A stretch of 63,661 nt of DNA, the filler included, from Piptocephalis cylindrospora (taxonomy: Eukaryota), in NCBI GenBank assembly GCA_003614145.1. It is 4 parts of 4 records of this genome, joined end to end, with 100 filler letters (N's around TTAATTAATTAA, not from the genome) between each part and the next. Parts side by side here need not be neighbours in the genome. Positions count along the whole stretch, not along the records: positions 16,015 to 31,919 come from KZ987881.1; positions 32,020 to 47,800 come from KZ987883.1; 2 more parts are not named here. One strand, written 5' to 3'. Below the pieces are notes generated by a model, which was not told the DNA's origin, made no database searches, and saw nothing but the letters and a program-made list of their open reading frames with translations. A program made the translations under genes and the position numbers. Each line of letters starts with the position of its first letter. Position 1 is the first letter of the stretch. Below, piece by piece: positions 24,617-37,226 of the stretch.

Positions 24617-25911
24617 TCAGCATTCCGCATGGGGCTTCTGAGATACCCTTTCCTTATAGGAAGGGAGAAGATGAGGGGATATTTCAATAGTCCATAGAAT
24701 GGGCGCATCCGTCTCTATCATCACCACCTTTCGTGTGTTAGAAGGCTCTTTAGACTGGTAAGATAAAGAGAGGTCAGGGAACGATGCCCTTTGAGTCTTC
24801 CAATCCCATCCTACTACCGCGTTGGATGTGCTGACCAAGCCACCAAAACTCGTCCACGCATTATCTACGTTGAATATGGAGGAGGGATTGAGTCAATGAA
24901 TAGGGTATCCAAGTTCAGAGCACCCATTTTTACCAAACACTCTTTACATACCCAGATCCCATTTTAACCCCCTAGTGGTAATATGGGCTCCTTGGATGCC
25001 TACAGGGGCAATGCCACACGTTTCTCCGAGGCATTGCTCATCTATCCATACAGTATGCTTCCCCTAGATGTCATTATGATATACAGGATGGAGGTGTCGT
25101 GTGTTATGAGTCCAGCCGAGGACATTACATATCCAATTATTCTTCATAGCTCACTGGCACGTACCTTGTCCAGCAGCCAGACAATAGAAGTATCAGACAA
25201 GAGGAAAATGTCTCGAGAAGGGCCAAGGAGGTATAGAAGATGAAGAGAGTGGAAAAGATGGTCCAGTCGGCCACTCAGAGCTCCCAAGGCCATAATACGA
25301 CATCTGCCCTCATTTTCTGCTCCTTCGAGATCCTGGATGAGCGTGATACTCTTTTGAAAATCCGTACTATCTTGGTCCTTGACCTCTGAAATCATACTTC
25401 CCTAAACGAAGATAAAAGAAAGGTATTATTAGATATTTCTGCCTGGATCGTATCTTCTTCTCCCCCTCCCGACTCACCTTTTCTGCATAGTATTCCAGGA
25501 CCTCGGGACGAGCCGAGTCCAAGTCCCCTCGAATGGCATTGGGGATGAATTTTCCTCGCACTCCCGGCCCCAAATGGTCATAGAGTGCATTGGCTCCCCC
25601 ATCCGCCGCAATCCTCCATTTGGCTATCTCTCATATGCAAGTTAATGGGTTAATGGGTTATGGGCACCTTCAGATATCATCCAACTCGCTTGCCGCTTCC
25701 ATAATGATAAAAAATTACCTTTTTCCCAAACAGTAGTGAACGTTTCTAACGAGAGAAACAGTGGCTGGTTGAGAATGACCAGGGCCCACCACTTCTCCTC
25801 CCCTTCACGAGCCTGTCCCTTTGGGTTTGTACTAGATGGAGGCCCAAAACAAGGACTGACGTCCCAATGCTTCATCTTGTTACTGCTGGTGGCCGCAAAG
25901 GATGAGTTCAT
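24617..25911 (-). CDS. THI80: Thiamine pyrophosphokinase; multi-exon; start 25911 or 25875
   Basis: [61 protein letters not shown]. Confidence 0.93.
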
Positions 25912-26329
25912 GACAGTTGGGATAGAAGGGTGTAAGCAACAAGAGGATATACCCACTCGCTGTCGTAAGCATCCTCCCCTGGGCTATTGTTATCATTTAT
26001 GCCACATATTTCTCCGACCGAAACGAGCCAGCTCTACCAGATGACCTGAACTGGAAGGCATCCTATCACAGAAATTACGGACAATGCTGCCGACTTTCAT
26101 TGGCAGACCACTATGTTGAGCGAATGAAGCAGGTTGAAGCCTTACATACGACCATGAGCGGCGGTGCTATAAGCAGAGTGGGAACACGCCAAATCTTGGT
26201 CATGGCCGAGTTGTCACGACCATTCCACCTTGAACCCTCTTCTATCACTCGAACGCATTTCACCCCTTCCCGTTCGCTATCGTGTACTGCCTTGCGCTAT
26301 TACCATCAGGTTCACTTCGTCCGTCCATC

Positions 26330-29300
26330 ATGCGAGAGGAAGCAGATACGAAACCCCTACTTTCACCAGCCACTGCCCCCACTTCTTCAGCTGTCATTGC
26401 CAGCCGAAGCGCCGTGGATGGCTTATTTAGCAAGTACCACCTGCCCTTTCTGCGTCAATTGGTACAGCGAACCCAGTGAGTGAATAAGCGGAGATGTGGG
26501 GACCGAGTAACCTCATGGCTCTATCCCGCCCAAACACTTACCTTCCTGCGCTCAGAGGAGATGTACAAGGGATCAAGCTAAAATTACGAGGTATCGTTGA
26601 AGAGAGATACCCCAATCTCCTGGATGCAGCCGACAGCGTAAGTTCTATCCATCGGACTATTGGCCAACTGGGCGAGCAAGCCAAGGGCTTGGAGGATAGA
26701 TTGGAGCAAGCCAAGCTCTTTGCTGCCTCTACTACCTCACCTAGTCATTATCGGGGCGGACCTTCTATTGGTAGGATGAAAGGGGAGTAGGGTATGGACT
26801 CTTCGCTAAGCAGCAATCCCACGCTAACCTGCTATCTTCTATCCCCTACATAGAAGCAGGGAAAGAGGCTCAGAATCGGTTTGACCTGGCCGCTCGCGTA
26901 TACGCACTACGAGAAGCATCTTTCCTAGTAAGTCACGCGACTACGTGCTGATTTGTCGAGGGATAAACTTACCCCATCCTCTCTGCCCATAGCATACCGA
27001 GGCTCTTCAGGATGAAATGTATGAGAAAGCTGTCATATGGTTGAATCTCGCTGAACAACTGGATGCTCATCTCTTGCATGAACCACGTTTTTCCTCTTCT
27101 TTAAAAGTACAATCTCATTCTCTGATGAGCCCATAGTGCCTTCTTGAAAACTCATCATTTCTCCTTCTGATGATAGGGTGTTCCATACCTAGACGAACTA
27201 CGGAATAAACGGCAAAGGGATACCAAGGCTTTACATGAACACCTTTCCTCCCTCCTTGTTCATCCCACTTTAGTGATTAAGGATTCACATGTCCTAGTCA
27301 GGTCCTTGCTACTTTCTGATCCCTCCATTACCCTTCCTGATCTTCTATCCATGCTCCTGGATAAGAGAGCCATTGCCCTCTCTCAAATTCCCATAACCTC
27401 CAAGTCTTCCGATACAGGACTCTCTCCTAGCCCATGGACAAAAGTAGTCGTGGATAAGATCACAGAGACCATCAGTCTATGGACTCACACGGTGGAGTTA
27501 GCGTCATACTTCCTCGAAAAGGATGTCCTTATGGACCAGGAGGGACTTCCTACAACCGCATCCCCCTTATTATCTGGTATCTTCCATGCTTCTTCCCAGG
27601 ACACCATTACCAAAGACTCCTCCTCCTTTGCTCCCTTTGCCCCATGGGGTATGTCTCTTCAGTGGAGGGCCCCCTCTTCTCCGGAGGTCTGGAGCAGAGC
27701 AGTGAGGGACGGCAAAGAGGAGCTAACGGAGTGGATGAAGAATTCCCAAGACAAGCTGGTTCAATGGATGAAGTCCTTCCTCGACCTCATACAACACCAC
27801 CCGGACCTTTCATCCATTGAGACTGGCCTAAGCGATGCCCTAATTGATTGTATCTCCCCCACTTGGGATAAAGTAAGTGGTGATCATATATTTAGTAGAG
27901 GATATGATTTTATTGTTATGCGATCTCTTCTTTTTCCCCCAAGGCAAATACTGATCCTTCCCCTCTTTTATTTCGTCCAGAGAATTGGAAAATGGGGCAT
28001 GCATGTCCCTGCCCTCTGGGATGATATTTGTGGACCTATCCTGATGAGACGCCATACTCAGCTCATTGGGACGGCCTTTGCTGGTTTGGAGCAAAAGGCT
28101 CATGCTACCTTCTCTTCTCTTTTGGCCTCGTCCGATCAGGCCGAATCCATCTGGCAGGGCCCTGGATCCTTTGCCACTAGATCGCCCGATCACGATGAGG
28201 ATATTCAGGGTCTCTTTACCGTGTCGGATGCTTTGGCCAGCATGGAAGCTGCAGTTCAATCCATCATAGATGATATCGACACGTGGCTCTCCCGTACACC
28301 TCCTTCCTATCCCGATTATCTCGGCCAAAGTGCCACGCTGTGGGTATGGTACGTATCTTGCATTGTTCATTTTCCCTTTACGATTGGAATGGAAGGTCGA
28401 TGCTCTTTATTTTAAATTGCTTTCAACATTCAACATTCATCTTCTATCATGGATAGGAATTTAGAAGATGGGGCGAATCAAGTGTATGAATCCCTCCTCT
28501 CCTCTTGGTCTCGAATGTTTACTTTTCTCCAGGAGAACAAGGGTCATACTGCCCTCGGTCAGCTACTCCTTGCACTTCATAGGCAATGGTCCTCCCTAGA
28601 GAGATTGCTGGCCTTACTGAGCCCACTATTAAAGCGTGATGTGGATCATGGTAAGTGAAGGTTAGAGAAAGAAACTGTTTATAGCCTATTTATTATTCCC
28701 TCCTCCTCAATCACATTGGGATGGATCATTCCCATTTACAGAGGGATTCAAGACTAAGCTAAGGACTGGATCTACCATCATGTACACTAAAACTGTGGAG
28801 AGGACCATTCAATTGCACGTGGATACTTTAATCCGGGAGAATGAATCAAAGAGTTTGGATAGACGTGTAGTCTCCAGCCCTTGTAAGGATGCCTTGGCAT
28901 ACCTCTTGGATCTTTCTCTTACCCTACATGGGAGCCTTGAATGGATGCTGGAGGATGAGGTAAGGTGGACTGGATTTTCTGGGTTCTTTACTAAGAGCCT
29001 AACCTATATTACTACTCCTTCCTTGTAGGAGATGACCCAAGTGGTACGAAATGCATGTAAGAAGCAGTTAGATCAGCAGCTACCAAGACTGAACAAGTAT
29101 TGTACCTCGGAAAAGCCTGGCCTCTTAGAGAAAAAGAATCAAGCCATTCTCTCTTGGGTGTGTCGAGGGCAGGATGATGGTTTAGATCCACTGGATACCT
29201 TGGTAATTGTCCCTCTTTGTAACGGTAGAGTGTCTTCTCTAGAATTTCCTATTGGTTGCTAATTAAATTACCCTCCATCAACAACGCATGGGGAATTCCT

Positions 29301-29625
29301 CTTCGCCATAGTCTCAATACCTTCCCGAGGCGCTCCGAGAAGAAAAGGATGGCATTCTTTGGCAATGCGCGTCCATGCACCATCTCCTTGGTCCTCTATC
29401 GCCCTTTTCTACTGATGAGCAAGCCCAAAGGTAAGTGGGTCAATAAGAGAATCCTACGCTGTTTTCTCCTCCTTGTAATCTCATATTGCACTCTTCGTCC
29501 CGTATGGAACATCTAGGAATTTCGGAGGGGCCTCATCTGGTCCTCCTCTCTTCTCCCTTGCCCCACAAATCCCTCGTCTCGCCCTCCTCCCCATGCTGCC
29601 TGGAGATGATTCGGAGGAGGGATAA
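26330..29625 (+). CDS. COG1: Conserved oligomeric Golgi complex subunit 1-like (Vps51/Cog1 N-terminal domain); many exons
   Basis: N-terminal LRGIVEERYPNLLDAADSV; C-terminal DPLDT and LFSLAPQIPRLALLPM resemble the Cog1 end motif; stop TAA 29623-29625. Confidence 0.7.
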
Positions 29626-30102
29626 ATATACTGATCTTGGTGGTCATACCGTTTGAGGGGCACTGCATTCTACCACATGTGCACCAAGAAAGGATTTATT
29701 TCAACGTTCTTATGGATAGTCCCATATGATCTAGTGTTTGAGCGGCATCCTTTTAAAACGACCCTGAACATCCAGATGAAAATCCCTCATTGTGTGGCTA
29801 AGATAGTAGTAATAGTGAAACCATTATATTTCCCCAGGTGGGGTAGGCCGATGGATATTCGAACGCAATACCCACTGCATAAAATATCCCTTGCTTCTGA
29901 CCAAGAATTTATATACCTATCTTTTATAATATTCCCTCATTTACAGGGCATAATGATGATGATAATTGCATTTTATTTCCCACGTAAAATAGACAAAGCT
30001 ACCTTTAAGATCAATGCAAGGGCCCGGCGGTAACATCATAGAGCGCTGTTGTCCTTACAGAAATTACTCACCCTCTTAATCATCATCCTTAATTGCAATG
30101 AC

Positions 30103-30708
30103 CTATTCCTCATCGCCCGCAATGGGCGAGATACTATTGGCTGCGCGGAGAGGGATATGGGCTCCATTCGACCCAGTATTTTTTGGCCTATTCATGCTCA
30201 CCTCAAGCTTTCTCCCGGTGATATCTTGAGCCGGCAACCCATCATTGAGATCTTCAATACTGAGGGAGAGATCCTTCGTAGCGAATGCAACCTCCTTTAG
30301 CCTCAATCTCCACCCCTCGAGCCAAACATGCCAAGGCTGACCGGGATGGATATCCTTAGTGGGATACATACACTCTTCACTCAATTCTTGCACCTGAAGG
30401 CGAGTGTGGCTCACCTCAAGGCTGTGAGCCAGAAGTCTTGCGGCATTGACCAGCGCGAGATAGCTCGGATCATCTCTCTCCATAACGGCAGATATGAGAT
30501 GGATGATCGACCGTAAGCGGGTAACACGGGCTTCTTGAACATCCAATCTCTTTTGAAGTACCCACTGCCGCTGGAGCATTTCTGGTAATGGGGACCAGTG
30601 CTGCTCAAAGATTTGCATATGCAATCCAAGGGATTTAATCCCCATTCCCACCATCCACAGACTGAGGCCAATTGTGTCGACGAGGTTTTCCAAAACCGAG
30701 TTTGCCAT
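30103..30708 (-). CDS. Hypothetical helical/coiled-coil protein, 201 aa
   Basis: Single ATG-initiated ORF filling the gap between COG1 and HEM25; no motif recognised. Confidence 0.55.
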   Translation of the reverse strand: MANSVLENLVDTIGLSLWMVGMGIKSLGLHMQIFEQHWSPLPEMLQRQWVLQKRLDVQEARVTRLRSIIHLISAVMERDDPSYLALVNAARLLAHSLEVSHTRLQVQELSEECMYPTKDIHPGQPWHVWLEGWRLRLKEVAFATKDLSLSIEDLNDGLPAQDITGRKLEVSMNRPKNTGSNGAHIPLRAANSISPIAGDEE

Positions 30709-31164
30709 GGCAATAGGAATGGATGAAGGTGATACGAGTAAGGTAAGAGGCGGATGTGGAGTTTTAGGAGGCTGTGAAGGCTGAAATCATTGTTCTCGCT
30801 CTTTTATTTCCTCCTAGTCCCATTGTTTCCAAGAGATAATTGCGAGGTAGGGAGATTGAAGAAGTGTCAAGTTGGACGAGAGTGAATGCACATTTTCCAT
30901 TAGGACCATCGTTTGACCCCTCTCTTTTTGTGTTGTCTGAGGGGATCCCAACTTGGCATGTTTCCAGGTGGATCACGTACCCTTTGACATCCTTGTATAT
31001 TTCCTGAAGGATGAGGGCAACATGAATGCAGGTCCTGTCACGAGCTCCCCCATCTTCCTGTCAGCCGTCTCTTCCCCCTCCACAATATATGTGCGCGTCA
31101 ATTCTGGCACCCCGCTCGGGTCGAGACACCATATCTCATCCTCATCTCTTCCCCCTTCTCCACG

Positions 31165-31919
31165 ATGCCCCAAACGGAAGCACGGACGGATAGTCACTTG
31201 CGCTTGGTGGCCGGGGCCACGTCAGGCTTGGTGAACTGCTTACTCACCCAGCCACTCGACCTTCTCAAGACTCGTCTGCAGCAAGAGACCAACCCCAAGG
31301 GCTCCGTTCTGGTTCAGCTCCCGCGGGCCTATCGTGAAGTTATCAAGACTTATGGCGTCCTAGGTCTATGGCGCGGAAGTCTTCCTTCTGTCATGCGGTA
31401 TGCTATGGATATGGATTATCCTTCACTGATTTCGGGGATATGCTACTGACCCCGTCCCCCCTTCCTTATTGTTCCTCCCCCTTAGAACGGTGCCGGGAGC
31501 AGCGATGTACTTTACCCTACTGGGCAAGTTCCGAGCTCAGTTTCCTTCCCTGAACCAGAATGGTTCAAAAGATCTTGGAGATAAAGGACTTATGTCAGCT
31601 ATCCCAGCGAACGAGGCCAATGTACTTTCGGGTGCTACGGCCAGGGGCATTCTTGCCCTGACTTTTATGCCCATTACCGTCATCAAGTCACGCTATGAGG
31701 TAGGTAGTTGGGGCAGATAAATGTACGTATCATCCTTGATCGTTGCTAATGACCTTGTGTCTCCCTTTCTCTCATACCGTAGAGTAGCCTGTATCAATAC
31801 ACTAGCCTTTGGCATGCATCCAGGTCCATTTATCGGGAGGGAGGCACACGAGGTAGGTAGGGGCTAGCAACGGAGTGATATACATGAATGTTTCTTATAC
31901 TCTTATTGCCCTTTAGCAT
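31165..31919 (+). CDS. HEM25: Mitochondrial glycine carrier (SLC25A38/Hem25), 5' part, truncated by the contig end
   Basis: QPLDLLKTRLQQ, GLWRGSLPSVMR|TVPGAAMYF, MPITVIKSRYE|SSLYQY. Confidence 0.88.
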
Positions 31920-32019
31920 NNNNNNNNNNNNNNNNNNNNNNNNNNNNNNNNNNNNNNNNNNNNTTAATTAATTAANNNNNNNNNNNNNNNNNNNNNNNNN
32001 NNNNNNNNNNNNNNNNNNN
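31920..32019. other. Artificial contig spacer N44-TTAATTAATTAA-N44
   Basis: Same 100-nt linker. Confidence 0.98.
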
Positions 32020-32673
32020 TTTCCCAGGATATGCTCGGATGGAAGTGTCGATCCAGGTAAGTGAGAGCGATGGCTTCATCTTTCGTCCCTTGGTCGCGGA
32101 CGCGTCCTTGGACTCCTCCTCCCGTTCCTCAGGGGATGGTCTAGGAGGCCTCTTTGCATACCAATTCATACTGGCACGCTTTCCCTTTTTCTTGTTCGAA
32201 AGGCGCGGCTCCCCGTCCCCAAGACCGGGGGAGGGGTCCTTCCTTTCCCGATGGGGGGGGGCTTTCTTCGTGGACACTGTCTTCTTCTCCGGCGGGGACG
32301 GACCAGGAGGTGGTGCTCGCAATCGAATAATCGGTAGGGGTTCTATAGGTCGTTGTGAATCCGAGTCCCTGGACGGCCCCGTCCCTGGCGGCCCCACCTG
32401 CCCCGACCGCGCCCCATCCGGCTTGGATAGGGTCAATTTAAGCGTCATGGGGGCTCTCTCTTGCCCAGAATCAGCAGCTCGATCCCGCTTCCTTTTCTTC
32501 TTCTTTTCCTTTTTCTTTTTCCTTTCCTGGCTAGGCTCGGTGGTCAACGGGGACTCGGAGGCCTCAGTGAGTTCCTCCCCGGCCACACCGTTTTTCTTTT
32601 GCTTCTCGGCCAAGGCCCGAAGATTCAGTCGGATGACCGGCCCCTCGGGCCTTGCTCTCCCGGAAGGGGTCAT
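32020..32673 (-). CDS. 5' part of a Lys/Arg/Pro-rich, probably nuclear protein, truncated by the contig end
   Basis: Open frame from ATG 32673 to the gap; NLS-like RKKKKEKKKKRKR and repeated IRL/LKL motifs. Confidence 0.6.
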
Positions 32674-33393
32674 TGAGGAAGGAACCGATGCACGGTTTAT
32701 CGACGAATCTGGCGTGTACCCCGGTCTCAACAGTCGATAGCCAGAGGGTGGGGTCAAGGCAGCAGGAGCGGCGGCGACAGCAACAACAGTAAAGAGTGTA
32801 ATAAGCGTGTCGTCTCTCCTTGACTTGGTGTTGAATCGATCAATTCGACGTGGTAAGTGGGAGAGGAGGAGGGCAGGGACGAGATGGAGGATGTCCTATA
32901 AAACCTGAGGTCAGTTGTGTGTGATGTGGCCAATTTGATAGGAATATCTGAGGACTCTCATCATTCAGTGTGCCCACCCCAGAGTGTGTGACATTTATGG
33001 CTGTGCGAGCACAGAGCGGCGCAATTCAGCAGGGGCTGCCTGTATTCAGTGTCTAGATCAGTATGCCCAAATGGGATCTGGCAATGTATCTATCTTGTCT
33101 TGCCCTCCATACATGACGAGCATCATAGAGCGCGCCATAAATCCTCTTCCACGATGATAGGCATGTGGATTCACATACACACATACGGAGACAGAGGGAG
33201 AGGGAGAAAGAGAAGAAGAATGTAATATTCAGTTACAATTCAGTGGACGCTTGTAAAAACAAACACTAAACATCCAGAGAAGCGGGGGAAAAAAGAAAAG
33301 AGGCTGATCCTCTACATCCGATCCAGGTAAAGATTCCCTTCTCGGAGAAAACCTGGGAGCACTACATCGCACCGCATACACCATGAGCTCATC

Positions 33394-35303
33394 TCACGTC
33401 TGGGTTTCTTTTGGGAAAATCCCTTTCATACTCTCGGGAGAAAGGTCGCCATCGGTAATCTCCATGGGTCTCCCTTTGTTCGCTTCCAGGAGAAAGCCCT
33501 TAAGGGCTACAGCGTAGTGGGCAAAGGCTTTAGCGGGGTTCTTCGGGACACCACGTCCTTCAGGAGTGCTAGCCCACGTGAGGGCACGATCAAGCACTTT
33601 GGAAGCCTTCATCTTGCACCACTTAGCCCACGCCGCCTCCCTTCGTGCCTTGGTCCAGGGACTCTTAAACCATCGGGAAAGGCGGGTCCAGAACATATTG
33701 AATTTCCCTCGGTAGGAACGGGTCATGTCACCCTCCATCTTAGTCGCCTCGGGAATACGGACCTTGAAGCTGGCCAGGGCCTTCCGTTCGGACTCTTCGC
33801 CCCAAGTGACAAAAGAGGCGTCAGAGATGCTGTCCAGCATATCCCGGTACATCTTCCGAACATCAGGATCCTCTGACAGCTTGTTCTGCCACAACACGGA
33901 ATGGATGTAGATAGAAGTGACAAACGAGCGAATGCGCCTCGAGGCGGCATCAATAGTAGCACTCCATTCCTCATCGGCCATCGGAAGCTTTACCAGAAGA
34001 GGCTGAAGAAACCGGACGAGCTGAAGGAACCTAACTTTGTAAATCCATTCCTCCAGATACTTGCCGATGAACCTGGCTTGCGGTATCCCATTGAACAACC
34101 GCTTAGTATTATAGTCGATATACCAATTATGACCATTCTTACTGCTCCATGACTTTTGGAAGTGGTCATGTGCACAAATGGTGAAATACAAGGGTATGCT
34201 CGAATTTAGAGGTGATTTCCTTATAAAGGTTTTGCGTCCCCTCCATATATGCTGATTTTTCACTCCAGGGAAGGCGTTAGTGACTTCCTTGCACATCTTC
34301 CGCATGGAATAAATGAACCTGTCGTTGGACATGGGAGGAAAGTCTGTAGGGGGAAAGAGATCCCCAAAGTACTTAACAAAAGGCACCGGAGATTCTAGGT
34401 GGGAAGGGGAAAAGGCGTGATAGGTGTTGCTCTGGACTCTCGGATCGCTAGCAGAGCTCTTGCTCATAGATAGCCTCTTGACCATAAATTTTCCGGCAAG
34501 TTCAGCATCCGTGGGTTTACCATCGATCGGGATTCGGTCAAAAAAGATGTGCATAACAGCATGAAGGGATGAAATCGCACCTTCCAAGGAGTGGAAGGGG
34601 ATATGGGAGAGTAGATAAAACCGCTCCATAATCAGGGTGTTGATGACAAGCTGCAGACAAGCATGAAGCGCATATGGGGAAATGCTTGGTGATTCATCTT
34701 GTCTGATCGACTCGAAAATCCCCTTTACAAGACGCACCTTGCTCCTAACATCGATGAATGGATTATGCCCCCCTTGCATATCATGAAATCTGGAATAGCC
34801 AATGGCTTCATGGAAGGCCTTAACGATGGGGACATAGGAGTCTCCGTTGAAATTCCGTTTCATGACAGTGCAGTAGATGTCGATGAGAGAGCCGGGGGCC
34901 CGAAGAAAGAGAGGATCCGCGGGGGAGGACTTGGTGGGCGCTCTTATCTTGTCGCAAGCATCCCGGGCCAAGTACTGAGATTGCTTTGCCGCCTTATTAA
35001 ACAGGAGTCGTTTTCCTTGGTATCGACATATTCAGAACGACGATAGGATCCCATCTGACTCACATGGGGGGTAGAATAACCTGGTTCCTCACCTATCTGG
35101 GCGCTGATCATAAAGAAAAGCCCCGCATAAATCTGGTCATAAGGATGAAATTTTTCTTTCTGCTCGGCACGGCTTAGAGAGAGATCGGCGTCTTCTCCCA
35201 TAGAGGTCCAGACGTAGAGGTTTTGATTATGAGGAGAGTCTTTGCGAAGGATCGGGGGAACATGGGAAGGTGAGTGGAGGGTGTGGTGATGATCAACGGA
35301 CAT
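33394..35303 (-). CDS. Orphan protein of about 600 aa; probable exons 35303-35064 and 34974-33394
   Basis: 525-aa ORF lacks its own ATG start. An upstream ORF joins it in phase 0 through a GTGAGT...CAG intron at 35063-34975. Confidence 0.65.
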
Positions 35304-36400
35304 GGTGACTAGGAAGGTAGGATTGAAAGGATGTTTTTGTTGTAGGGAAGAGAAGAAGAGGGATGTCAAAGGGAAAAGGTATCGTCGTCGTTATTGTAGA
35401 GAGAAGCAAAGCTACCGGAAATCGGTATCCTGGAAAAGTCAGGGTGAATAGCAGGGAGGGAAAGAAAAGGATGGGGTAGTGGGATAAAGTAAATAAGAAA
35501 GAGAATCTAAGGCGGAGAGAGAATAAAAGCAATCAGGGCGGGAGGTAGGATTAAGCTTCACTATGAGAGAGAATGATCGGGTTCGGCACTGCCTTGTATA
35601 TGGATCTATCCAAGAGACCAAAATGTATGGAAAAAATTGTGCATTCATCTTGTAATAAAAAATAGTCTCATTATTCACTTTAGTTTGTCTTGATCCTCCG
35701 TCTCCCAATTGACCCGTCATTCATCCTGGTATGATGATCTAGAAAGAGGATACGCCATCTTATTACTCTCGTCTTGTTTCAAGATCTATGCAGAAAGTAC
35801 CTTGCGTTGTAACGGTAGGATCACTACTGCATACAAACACTTTTGTTGGTCCAAAATCCGTCCAGTAATAGTGATAATGAATATTGACACTATACTCTTC
35901 AAAGACCTGAACCACACAAAGGTAGGGATTTGTAAATACTATCGGGTTCGACTAGGGGATGTGGCTAATTCAAGACTCAATGCTCCTCCCTTGATGATGT
36001 ATCCTTCTCATGCATATAATCCTCCCTCATAGACCATGAGGAGACATACTAGGATGATTTTCCTAACCTGGCCAAAGACCAAGAGTTTCCCTATCTCCAT
36101 GGCAGTATTTATGGAGTACCTTGGAGATACTCCATACACTACTCTTCCTCCCAACAAGAATCATTACAAAATAGAAAATATCTGCTCATCGCTATTCCCC
36201 GGAAACTCCATAGTATATTACTCACAATCTTCAGCCCCATTCATATCAACTCTCTGTCCCTATCTTACTTTTACTTGCGTTCATGTCCCATACCCTATCA
36301 CTGCCCTGACTTTCACGTGAGGATTGTGCAGGGCCTCATGCAACCCGTCCTCATCCTAACTATCGTCGCTATATCCCGCCCTAGAAACACTAAAAACAAT

Positions 36401-36459
<59 letters not shown>

Positions 36460-36460
36460 T
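36401..36460. repeat. Hexanucleotide microsatellite (AACAGC)9 + AACAGT
   Basis: Direct observation, intergenic upstream of AGC1. Confidence 0.97.
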
Positions 36461-37226
36461 AAGTTCCAAAACATTATATTTGAGCTCCCTTTCCAAAAAT
36501 ACAAAATTTCCCCTCATTCATATGGCCTTGAAATCCAGACCAAGACAGCGGACCTTGAATCCACACCGTTTCCATCTGACGACGTCTCGGCACAAGCGCC
36601 AGTGTCGGCTCTACACCGGCCCGTTCCCTCCTCCCTCTGTTTCCTCCATCTCCGCTCATCTCTCCTTCCGGTCATCCTCGCCCTGACACTCATCTTTCCC
36701 TCTCGACCTTGCTGCTCACTCTGGCTCTTGTCTTCCCCAGCCAACCCCACCCAAAGGCCTCCTGGTTTCGTCTCCCCCGCATTCCCCCCTCCTCCACATT
36801 GCTGGCCTTTCCCTCGCCGCCAAGCTCCCTTCCTCCCTTAGCCCCCTTCCTTTCTTTCTTCCTCAAGTCTCCTCCCAGTCCCCCTCCCCACTCGGTCTGA
36901 CTCTATCCACTTTGACTCCTTGGTCCCCACCCTGTTTGGTCCTTTTTCCCCTACACGTGGCTTGCCCCCCTCCGCTGCTTTGTTGTTCAACCACCACCCG
37001 TTCCTTGTCCTACGGCACGTTCCTCATACTAGTGTCTTTCTCTCCCTTTCTCCTCTTTCCTCTGCTGCAAAGAGTCCCCCTCTGTTGCCTTCTTTTCCGC
37101 AACATTTCTTTCATTCTCTCCCCTCCCTCCACCACCTACCCGGTCACTACAATCCGCCAATAACGCATCCCTAAAGTAAGCTCTTCTCGCTGCTCACGAC
37201 CCTTCCTCCCTCCGCCTCTTTTGATC

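Noticed and set aside
24617..26330. TPP riboswitch near the thiamine pyrophosphokinase gene
   Set aside because: I did not find the conserved aptamer motifs in the required order
36275..36841. ORFs with poly-NS or poly-L tracts
   Set aside because: Translations of the AACAGC microsatellite with no supporting gene structure
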